A stretch of DNA of 64,000 bases from an uncultured Phycisphaerales bacterium (GCA_963758525.1 CAVWVQ010000003.1:3712001-3776000), one strand, 5' to 3'. Shown: positions 51,788 through 58,366, numbered from the stretch's first letter. A program made the numbers and translations. The notes: a model not told the origin generated them from the letters alone.

Positions 51788-51856
51788 CTCCTCGCCGCCG
51801 CCGGCCGGGAGTTCTTCCCGGTCGAAAGTAATATTTCATAGAACCGGGAAGCAATT

Positions 51857-51945
51857 GGGCGTTCAGCTCATTTTGCTGGAACACCTCTCTTACAAAGAGG
51901 AGGTCCGTGATTTGAGCGGCCGTTGGCCCGGGAATCTCGCGGTTC
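51857..51945 (+). pseudogene. tRNA-Val(TAC)-like sequence with disrupted T arm and 3' end
   Basis: GGGCGTT, D arm, and CCTCT-CTTACAA-AGAGG anticodon arm intact; no TTCRA loop or complementary acceptor strand. Confidence 0.6.
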
Positions 51946-52010
51946 CGAGGCGTATTGCGCGGCCAGGTGATTGTATTCACTATGGACGCATTACAAAGGC
52001 AGCGGTCCGC

Positions 52011-52081
52011 GCACTCGTAGCTCAATGCAGAGTCGCCGGCTCTTAACCGGTCGGGTGCAGGTTCAAATCCTGCCGGGTGCA
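52011..52081 (+). tRNA. tRNA-Lys(CTT)
   Basis: GCACTCG/CGGGTGC acceptor, GCCGG-CTCTTAA-CCGGT, TTCAAAT loop; no CCA. Confidence 0.88.
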
Positions 52082-52102
52082 TGAATTGAGAAACTATGGA
52101 AC

Positions 52103-52176
52103 GGTTCAGTAGCCCAACTGGCAGAGGCGCCTGACTCAGAATCAGGATGGTGCAGGTTCGAATCCTGCCTGGACCA
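52103..52176 (+). tRNA. tRNA-Leu(CAG) with short variable loop
   Basis: CCTGA-CTCAGAA-TCAGG, 5-nt variable region, A73. Confidence 0.85.
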
Positions 52177-52190
52177 TGAAGCGGTACAAC

Positions 52191-52263
52191 GTCGCGGCAG
52201 CTCGATTGGACGAGCACGGCCCTCCGAAGGCCATGGCTGAAGGTTCGAATCCTTCCCGTGACA
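52191..52263 (+). tRNA. tRNA-Arg(CCG)
   Basis: GTCGCGG/CCGTGAC acceptor, loop CTCCGAA, GAAGG-TTCGAAT-CCTTC. Confidence 0.88.
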
Positions 52264-52277
52264 TGGAAAAGAACATT

Positions 52278-52349
52278 GGGCCCGTCGTCCAACGGTAAGA
52301 CTCCTGGCCTGCAACCAGGAAATGAGGGTTCAACTCCCTCCGGGGTCCA
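52278..52349 (+). tRNA. tRNA-Ala(TGC), atypical (C33; one extra G in the 3' acceptor strand)
   Basis: CCTGG-CCTGCAA-CCAGG; G3:U70 and A73 if one G is bulged. Confidence 0.7.
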
Positions 52350-52352
52350 TGA

Positions 52353-52428
52353 GTGACATGCGGCATTGTTCTCCTGCGGCGGTCTCAAGAACCGCGCAGG
52401 TGTGGGTTCGACTCCCACCCGTGGCACT
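52353..52428 (+). ncRNA. tRNA-like RNA lacking a D arm, with extended anticodon arm (loop CTCAAGA)
   Basis: Perfect T arm GTGGG-TTCGACT-CCCAC; CCTGC(G)GCGGT/ACCGC-GCAGG stem; imperfect GTGACATG/CGTGGCAC closing stem. Confidence 0.65.
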
Positions 52429-52442
52429 GAAAGGAGTTTATC

Positions 52443-52757
52443 ATGTTCGTAAACAACTCGGCCAGACCACACAAGGAGACCATGTATCTGATGTGTCAGC
52501 TCTCCAAGCCGGTGGAGGGGGGCGTTGCCCGGATGACGTCCTGGATCCGCCAGGCCGTCGCCAAACCCGGGGCGGTGTTGGGCCGTTTGGAAGACACAGA
52601 GACGGGTGTCTTCGAGACAGGTTGGCAAGTTGACTCAGCCAGTGGACCCGCTCTCCCGGAGTCGCTTTTGTTAAAGCGGTCTCACAAGAAGGTGTTCGCA
52701 TCCATCAAAGACGAAGAGGCGGCTCGAGAACATGTACGTCAAAGCAAGAATCGCTAA
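52443..52757 (+). CDS. Hypothetical 104-aa protein embedded in the tRNA array
   Basis: Strong AAGGAG RBS; pattern C-x-L...TSWI...A-x-x-G...GW-x-V. Confidence 0.75.
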   Translation: MFVNNSARPHKETMYLMCQLSKPVEGGVARMTSWIRQAVAKPGAVLGRLEDTETGVFETGWQVDSASGPALPESLLLKRSHKKVFASIKDEEAAREHVRQSKNR

Positions 52758-52839
52758 ATCACATTGATCAGGCGGTTGCACCAGAGCGACGTGGATCAGG
52801 AGCGTCGGCAACGATGGAGGGTTTGTCATGTGATCTCCT

Positions 52840-52922
52840 GGAGGGTTGGCCGAATGGTATGGCACCCGTCTCGAAAACGGGCAAACCGAAAGGTGATGGG
52901 GGTTCGAATCCCTCACCCTCCT
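52840..52922 (+). tRNA. tRNA-Ser(CGA)
   Basis: GGAGGGT/ACCCTCC acceptor, CCCGT-CTCGAAA-ACGGG, long variable arm. Confidence 0.92.
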
Positions 52923-52968
52923 CTGACTCGGTGGTCGAGCAGGAACGGTCGAGCACTGGAAAAGATCC

Positions 52969-53053
52969 GGAGGGTTGGCGGAGCGGTCTATCGCGTCGCG
53001 TTGCTAGCGCGAAAAGCACTCGTGCTTCGAAGGTTCGAATCCTTCACCCTCCT
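52969..53053 (+). tRNA. tRNA-Ser(GCT)
   Basis: GGAGGGT/ACCCTCC acceptor, TCGCG-TTGCTAG-CGCGA, variable arm AAGCAC/GTGCTT. Confidence 0.92.
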
Positions 53054-53130
53054 TTTAGGGTTCAGGGTGTCAGGGTTCAGGGTTCAGTGAGGCGTTGTTG
53101 CCGCTGGTGCCCAACCTGACGCCAGGAGTC

Positions 53131-53142
53131 GTTCTTTGACAA
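53131..53142 (+). promoter_or_regulatory. boxA-like antitermination element
   Basis: GTTCTTTGACAA resembles rrn boxA (GCTCTTTAACAA). Confidence 0.6.
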
Positions 53143-53283
53143 TTCGATGCATCAAATGCAGGTGCGGAATTGCAAATTGAGGACTGCAAATTGCAAATTG
53201 CAAATTGTGGGGATGGGGAGGCTCCACGAATTTGCGATGGGCTTGAGCGTCGGCAGCACGCAATACTGCTCTCCGCAGCACTT

Positions 53284-53355
53284 GTGGACTTAGCTCAGCG
53301 GTAGAGCGGAGGCTTGAAGAGCCTCGCGTCCCTGGTTCAATCCCAGGAGTCCACA
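53284..53355 (+). tRNA. tRNA-Phe(GAA)
   Basis: GTGGACT/AGTCCAC acceptor, GAGGC-TTGAAGA-GCCTC. Confidence 0.92.
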
Positions 53356-53364
53356 TTCGGAGGT

Positions 53365-53480
53365 TTAGGGTTCCGGGAGGGTTCAGGGTTCAGGGTTCAG
53401 GGTGTCAGGGTGGAGGAACGGAAAATGTCTTTTTGCTGAACCCTGAACCCTGAACCCTGAACCCTAAATCCTGAACCCTA
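53365..53480. repeat. Inverted blocks of the heptamer GGGTTCA/TGAACCC
   Basis: Tandem heptamers; same unit at 10848-10875, 32624-32655 and 53057-53087. Confidence 0.9.
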
Positions 53481-53484
53481 AGAA

Positions 53485-53556
53485 GCAGTGATAACTCAGT
53501 CGGCAGAGTGCCGGTCTTCCAAACCGGAGACGTGGGTTCGATTCCCCCTCACTGCA
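53485..53556 (+). tRNA. tRNA-Gly(TCC)
   Basis: GCAGTGA/TCACTGC acceptor, CCGGT-CTTCCAA-ACCGG; one T-stem mismatch; A73. Confidence 0.88.
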
Positions 53557-53638
53557 ATGCGCGGCGCACAATCGCCGCTATTAGCGGGTGTCCGAAGGGC
53601 ACCGTCACGCGAGCAAGTGCATGCGGACATGCACGCTT

Positions 53639-53709
53639 CTGGGGATAGTTCAACGGCAGAACGTCCGGATGTGGCCCGGAATGCGGAGGTTCAACTCCTT
53701 CTCCCCGGA
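53639..53709 (+). tRNA. tRNA-His(GTG) without genomic G-1/C73
   Basis: CTGGGGA/TCCCCGG acceptor, TCCGG-ATGTGGC-CCGGA; T at -1 and A at 73. Confidence 0.82.
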
Positions 53710-53728
53710 CTGATTCCAAACGTGAGAC

Positions 53729-53801
53729 TCAGGGATAGTTCAATTGGCAGAACGTCCGACTCTGACTCGGAAAGTTGAAGGTTCGAGTCCTTCTCCCTGG
53801 G
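53729..53801 (+). tRNA. tRNA-Gln(CTG)
   Basis: TCAGGGA/TCCCTGG acceptor, TCCGA-CTCTGAC-TCGGA. Confidence 0.9.
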
Positions 53802-53802
53802 C

Positions 53803-53874
53803 TGAGTCGTAGTTCAACTGGTAGCAATGCCGGTCTTTGAAGCCGGAGATCGTGGTTCAAATCCACGCGGCTCA
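53803..53874 (+). tRNA. tRNA-Gln(TTG)
   Basis: TGAGTCG/CGGCTCA acceptor, CCGGT-CTTTGAA-GCCGG. Confidence 0.88.
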
Positions 53875-53950
53875 ATCCGCGCCGGCGCGAGAAGGCAGCG
53901 GAGAAGAAATGGAACAAGAGGAAAGGTGGTTCATCGGATCCCGCGTCCAT

Positions 53951-54023
53951 ACCCATGTAGCTCAACTGGTAGAGTGCGCGACTGTTAATCGCGTCGTTGG
54001 TGGTTCGAATCCACCCGTGGGTG
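53951..54023 (+). tRNA. tRNA-Asn(GTT)
   Basis: ACCCATG/CGTGGGT acceptor, CGCGA-CTGTTAA-TCGCG, G73. Confidence 0.92.
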
Positions 54024-54147
54024 CTGGCTTCGCCAGAGCAGGTGAACCGTTGAACGGGCGAACAGGAGACGGAAAAAACTTGGCCTCGTCTCCTGATCCG
54101 CTGCTCACCTTTCTCCTGTTCTCGTTCGCGATGCATCGCGCAGCGCC

Positions 54148-54220
54148 GCTCCCGTCGTCCAACGGACAGGATGCCCGGCCTTCAACCGGATGATGATGGG
54201 TTCGATTCCCTCCGGGAGCA
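54148..54220 (+). tRNA. tRNA-Glu(TTC), atypical (C33; bulge in T stem)
   Basis: GCTCCCG/CGGGAGC acceptor, loop CCTTCAA, TTCGATT loop. Confidence 0.78.
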
Positions 54221-54317
54221 TTACTCTTTGTGGCGCAGGCTTCGAGCCTGCTCCGCTCGGCAGGCTGGAAGCCTGCACCACAAAATAGGAAGGGTGATCG
54301 GGCGCCTGATTGTTGTT

Positions 54318-54391
54318 CAGCGTGTGGCGCAGTTTGGCAGCGCACGTGCCTCGGGCGCACGGGGTCGAAGGTTCGAATCCTTCCACGCTGA
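54318..54391 (+). tRNA. tRNA-Pro(CGG)
   Basis: CAGCGTG/CACGCTG acceptor, CGTGC-CTCGGGC-GCACG, A73. Confidence 0.93.
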
Positions 54392-54403
54392 TTGAAACAG
54401 ATT

Positions 54404-54477
54404 GAGGAGGTGGCCGAGCGGTTCAAGGCCTGGGCCTGCAAAGCCCGTGTTCGCTGGTTCGAATCCAGTCCTCCTTT
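54404..54477 (+). tRNA. tRNA-Cys(GCA)
   Basis: GAGGAGG/CCTCCTT acceptor, TGGGC-CTGCAAA-GCCCG, U73. Confidence 0.9.
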
Positions 54478-54580
54478 TCCTGATGTTGCAATTATTCACA
54501 AACCTGGCATTCCTCGAAGGGATATATATAAGAGACGAGCAAAGGCTCGTCCCAATGAGTGTGTACTGCACGGAGGTGCA

Positions 54581-54802
54581 ATGATGTGGCAGCCCCAGCT
54601 GAATGATCGCGTACGATTGCTCCACGATGTCCCGGATCTGCTGTTGCACAGCGGCGACGTGGGTGTGGTAAAGAGCGTTTGGTTTGCGCCCCAAACGGCG
54701 TACGAAGTCGAATTCGAGCAGCCGAAGTCCGCTTATCGGGTTCGCAAAATTCTGCAGCCCGCGGAAGTCGAGCCTGACGCGGCGCCCCGTCAACAAAACT
54801 GA
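54581..54802 (+). CDS. DUF4926-like small protein
   Basis: GGAGG RBS; DRVRLLHDVP...GDVGVV...AYEVEF. Confidence 0.75.
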   Translation: MMWQPQLNDRVRLLHDVPDLLLHSGDVGVVKSVWFAPQTAYEVEFEQPKSAYRVRKILQPAEVEPDAAPRQQN

Positions 54803-54952
54803 GCGGGCCCTCTGATCGGTTGAGCTCGCTCTCCGTCGGCAGTGAATTCACTCCGGAAGCGCCCCTGCGAAAATCGATCAAGCCAGGCGGGGATGGCTCC
54901 TCAGGTGAAAGCGGGGAACCGACGTCGTCGCAGCCCGTTGCTTTGCAGAACG

Positions 54953-55414
54953 TCACCACCAGTAATTGAACATCAGCTCGCGCGACCATGCGGGCTGCGT
55001 CACCGCGCCTCTGGGCAAAAACTCCTCCATCACCGGCTTGATGTCCACCACCGGCGACCCGTCGATCGCGTCGAGTCCCGCGACTGTCAGCGTTTTTCCC
55101 TTGAGGCTCACGACCCGCGCTACGCAGGTTCCCAGTCGATTTGGCCGGTCTTTACCGCGCTGCACAAAGATGCCCACCCGCGGCCATTGTTCGTTACCGC
55201 GCGGGTGCCGGGCGCCACGCACGATGTCGCTCTCGTCGACGCGGTGAAAATGATAGATGACTTCAACGTGCGAAAAAGCCTCGATGCCGTCCAGCGCTTC
55301 GTCGCCGAACGCGTCTGACAGCTCGATCTTCGACACGACATCGCCCCAGAGATCGTCGCTCAAGTCCGTCCGTGTGCTGCTGACGTAGCCAATCGGCTCG
55401 ACTGCGATCATCAT
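54953..55414 (-). CDS. TsaA/TrmO (YaeB)-like SAM-binding tRNA methyltransferase domain
   Basis: PIGYV, FSHV, GIF...RPNRLG, GLDAIDGSPVVDIKP. Confidence 0.88.
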   Translation of the reverse strand: MMIAVEPIGYVSSTRTDLSDDLWGDVVSKIELSDAFGDEALDGIEAFSHVEVIYHFHRVDESDIVRGARHPRGNEQWPRVGIFVQRGKDRPNRLGTCVARVVSLKGKTLTVAGLDAIDGSPVVDIKPVMEEFLPRGAVTQPAWSRELMFNYWW

Positions 55415-55420
55415 GATTGC

Positions 55421-55973
55421 TCAATTCTCTGCGCGGATCGCGGCGAGCATCGCATCTGTCTCGATGCTGCCGAGATATCGCCGACCGTTGATGAAGAATG
55501 CCGGCGTTCCGCGCACGCCGCTTTTTTCGCCGCTGTCGTAGTGGTCGCGGACGCGCCGGGACCACGCGTTGGATTCCATCTCCCGCCCGAATCGGTAGAC
55601 CTCCAGTCCCAGTTGCAGCGCCAGATGCGTGAAGTCCACGTTCTCCAGATCCTTCTGATGCTTGTAGAGCGACTCGTGCATCTCCCAGAAGCGGCCCTGT
55701 TCGCCCGCGGCCTCCGCGGCCATCGCGGCGACGCTGGCGCGGGTGGACCGAGCCGCGCGGGAAATGGCGGAATACAAAGCGGAGCTTATCACCGAGGCGC
55801 TGCCGCAACTCGTTGACGATCGGCAGAGCATTGAGGCAGTCCGGGCACTCATAGTCGCCATACTCCACCAGCGTGACCGGCGCGTCAGGCGATCCGAGCG
55901 CGTGATCCGTGTTGGAAACGGGGACGGCGAGCAGTGCCGGTTGTTCTGAGGGGAGGGGAATTGAATGATTCAT
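55421..55973 (-). CDS. DsbA-family thioredoxin-fold protein; frameshift near 55740
   Basis: GSPDAPVTLVEYGDYECPDC...FRHFP, then AAEAAGEQGRFWEMH...GVRGTPAFFING. Confidence 0.9.
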
Positions 55974-56053
55974 GTCGTACCACGGGTTTCCAACCCGTGC
56001 GTGCTGCGCAGCGGGGAATGAGTTCCTCTGGGTTCCCGATTGTCACCTTGCAG

Positions 56054-56094
56054 CGAACAATTTCGACTCGAACTTCCACCTGCGACACTGTTCG
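56054..56094 (-). promoter_or_regulatory. Candidate nhaA-II-like (monovalent cation) riboswitch in the DsbA leader
   Basis: CGAACAG/TTGTTCG stem enclosing GTGTC-GCAGGT...GTCGAAA; about 16 nt downstream of a TATAAT box (56111-56116, minus strand). Confidence 0.4.
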
Positions 56095-56304
56095 TCCATT
56101 GAAGCTGCGGATTATAGTCATGCGGGAGGAACAGACCAAAGGGAGTGGCGAAATGACGCAATGAGTAAATCGCAATGAATCCTTTTTTCTCCGCGAAGGG
56201 CAAGCCACGGCGAAGCCGTTGGCGAGACCCGTGTGACCGGTGCCCCCGTCCCTTCCGTTTCCGATTCCTCCCCTCCGTGCCTCCGTGCCTCCGTGCCTTC
56301 CGCT

Positions 56305-57549
56305 TCATTCAACCCGCTTCATCACGACCGCGGTATTATGCCCGCCAAATCCGAAGCTGTTGCTCATCACGTATTGCAGTCGCTTCTCCCTCGGCCGGTT
56401 CGGGACATAATCCAGATCGCATCCCTCGCCCGGCTCTTCGAGATTGATCGTGGCGGGGACCAGATTCCGATCGATGGCCAGCGACGACACGATGATCGAA
56501 AGCGACCCCGCCGCCCCGATCAAATGGCCGGCTTGCGCCTTGGTGGAGCTGACCATCAGCCGGTCGGCGTGGGCGCCGAAGACCGCACGAATCCCGCGCG
56601 TCTCGGCGATATCTCCCAGTTCGGTGCTCGTGCCGTGGGCGTTGATGTAGTTCACATCATCCGCGTTGATCTTCGCATCCGCCAGGGCAAGACGCATCGC
56701 CGCGGCGGCCCCCGCGCCGTTGACCTCCGGCGAGGTGATGTGATACGCGTCGGCACTCACTCCGTATCCCACGAGCTGCGCGTACAGGTGCGCTCCGCGA
56801 CGCCGTGCGTGCTCCTCTTCCTCCAGCACAATCACGGCGGCTCCCTCCGAGAGGACAAACCCGTCGCGCCCCCGATCCCATGGACGACTCGCCCTGGCCG
56901 GATCGTCGTTGCGCGTGGAGAGCGCCCGGGCCGCGCAAAAACTTCCCAGGCCCATTTCGCACAGAACCGCCTCGGCGCCGCCGGCGACCATCACGTCCGC
57001 CTGACCGGTGCGGATTGCCCGCGCCGCGTCGCCGATCGCGTTCGATCCGGTCGAGCAGGCCGTGGAAACCACGGTGTTCAGTCCCTTCAAGCCGAATCGG
57101 ATCGAGACGTTGGCCGCCGCAGCATTCGTCATCAGCCGGGGCACCGTAAAGGGGCTGACGCGTCCGACTCCGCGCTCGAGCAGGACGCGATATTGTTCCT
57201 GGATCGTCTCCAGTCCTCCGATGCCGCTGCCGATGATCACGCCGCAGCGATCAGGGTCTTCGGTGGCAAATTCGATTCCCGCGTCGCGCACCGCGCCGAT
57301 GGCGGCAGCCAGACCGAATTGGGCAAATCGGTCCATCCGCCGCGCTTCCCGCGGGTCGACTCCGGATCGCGTGACGTCGAAGCTGGCGCACTCCCCGCCG
57401 AAGCGGACGGGAAAGGCGGAGCAGTCCCACCGCTTGATGAGTCCCACGCCGCTGCGGGCGCTGATCAGCGCGTCGATCAGCTCATCGCGTGATTCCCCCA
57501 GCGGCGTAATCAGTCCCAGCCCCGTGATGACCGCCCGCGGTTCGCTCAT
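56305..57549 (-). CDS. fabF: Beta-ketoacyl-ACP synthase II
   Basis: STACSTG, NAHGTST, GHLIGAAG, SNSFGFGG. Confidence 0.93.
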   Translation of the reverse strand: MSEPRAVITGLGLITPLGESRDELIDALISARSGVGLIKRWDCSAFPVRFGGECASFDVTRSGVDPREARRMDRFAQFGLAAAIGAVRDAGIEFATEDPDRCGVIIGSGIGGLETIQEQYRVLLERGVGRVSPFTVPRLMTNAAAANVSIRFGLKGLNTVVSTACSTGSNAIGDAARAIRTGQADVMVAGGAEAVLCEMGLGSFCAARALSTRNDDPARASRPWDRGRDGFVLSEGAAVIVLEEEEHARRRGAHLYAQLVGYGVSADAYHITSPEVNGAGAAAAMRLALADAKINADDVNYINAHGTSTELGDIAETRGIRAVFGAHADRLMVSSTKAQAGHLIGAAGSLSIIVSSLAIDRNLVPATINLEEPGEGCDLDYVPNRPREKRLQYVMSNSFGFGGHNTAVVMKRVE

Positions 57550-57600
57550 AGAAAGACTCCGTGAATCCCGTCCGGCCCGCGCAGCCGCGGTTGCTTTTGA

Positions 57601-57616
57601 TATGACGGTCGTCATA
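57601..57616. promoter_or_regulatory. Palindromic TetR operator between fabF and tetR
   Basis: TATGAC-GGTC-GTCATA inverted repeat in a divergent intergenic region. Confidence 0.7.
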
Positions 57617-57670
57617 CTATCGCTCCAGGCCGTACAAAGGCAAGCATCTCAACCGGACCCGACCGTCGTC

Positions 57671-58318
57671 ATGCGCTATTCCGCGAAGCACAAGCAGAAG
57701 ACCCACGAGCGGATTGTCACCAAGGCCGCGAGGCTCTTTCGCGAAGCCGGGTACACCGGGTGCGGCGTTGATTCGGTGATGCGTGCCGCCAGACTCACCC
57801 CCGGCGGCTTCTATGCTCATTTCCGCGACAAGGAGGCCTTGCTCACCGAAGCACTGACTCATTGCCGCACCGACGCCGCCCGTTTCATTGCCGCGGCGAT
57901 CGACGACGGGCGCGACCCGCTGGTGGCGTGGGTCGAGGCTTATCTCAACCGTGAACACCTCGATGCCCCCGGCACCGGCTGCCCGCTGCCGACCCTCGCC
58001 GGCGAAATCGCCCGCCAGCCTGCCAAGGTGCGCCGCGTGTTTACCAAGACGCTGCGCGCGTACATTGCCACGCTCGGCGCGCTGCACCCGCGGAAGCGCG
58101 GGTCGCGCCGCTCCGACGAAGCGATTGTTACGATCGCGACGCTTGCCGGCGCGGTTCTGCTGGCCCGGGCCGTGGAAGACGGCGACCTCTCCGAACGAAT
58201 TCTCAGCGTGATTCACCAGCGCGTCGCTCCCGGCGTTCCTCCCAGGCGCTTCCGCAAGCCTTCCGCTCGCACGGCCAGAGTGCGCCGCCCGCGAAGCATC
58301 GATAGCAAGTCGGCTTGA
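57671..58318 (+). CDS. TetR/AcrR regulator
   Basis: MRYSAKHKQKTHERIV...LTPGGFYAHFRDK; GCPLPTL. Confidence 0.92.
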   Translation: MRYSAKHKQKTHERIVTKAARLFREAGYTGCGVDSVMRAARLTPGGFYAHFRDKEALLTEALTHCRTDAARFIAAAIDDGRDPLVAWVEAYLNREHLDAPGTGCPLPTLAGEIARQPAKVRRVFTKTLRAYIATLGALHPRKRGSRRSDEAIVTIATLAGAVLLARAVEDGDLSERILSVIHQRVAPGVPPRRFRKPSARTARVRRPRSIDSKSA

Positions 58319-58366
58319 GCGGGCGATCAAATGCCGGTGCGCGAGCGTAGCTGAAGCGGGAGCGCC

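Noticed and set aside
52278..52349. Reading this tRNA as Cys(GCA)
   Set aside because: The 7-nt loop centres on TGC and the G3:U70/A73 elements fit Ala; a proper tRNA-Cys lies at 54404.
53091..53124. GGCGTT...GACGCCA mini-hairpin as another tRNA
   Set aside because: It has no T loop or anticodon arm and is too short.
51600..54500. tRNA array as part of a prophage or integrative element
   Set aside because: No integrase, phage gene or att duplication is visible, and the spacers carry the host's own repeat families, which suggests long residence.
51777..54796. ORFs overlapping the tRNA array on the minus strand
   Set aside because: They are translations of reverse-complemented tRNA genes (GFEP/GIEP peptides).
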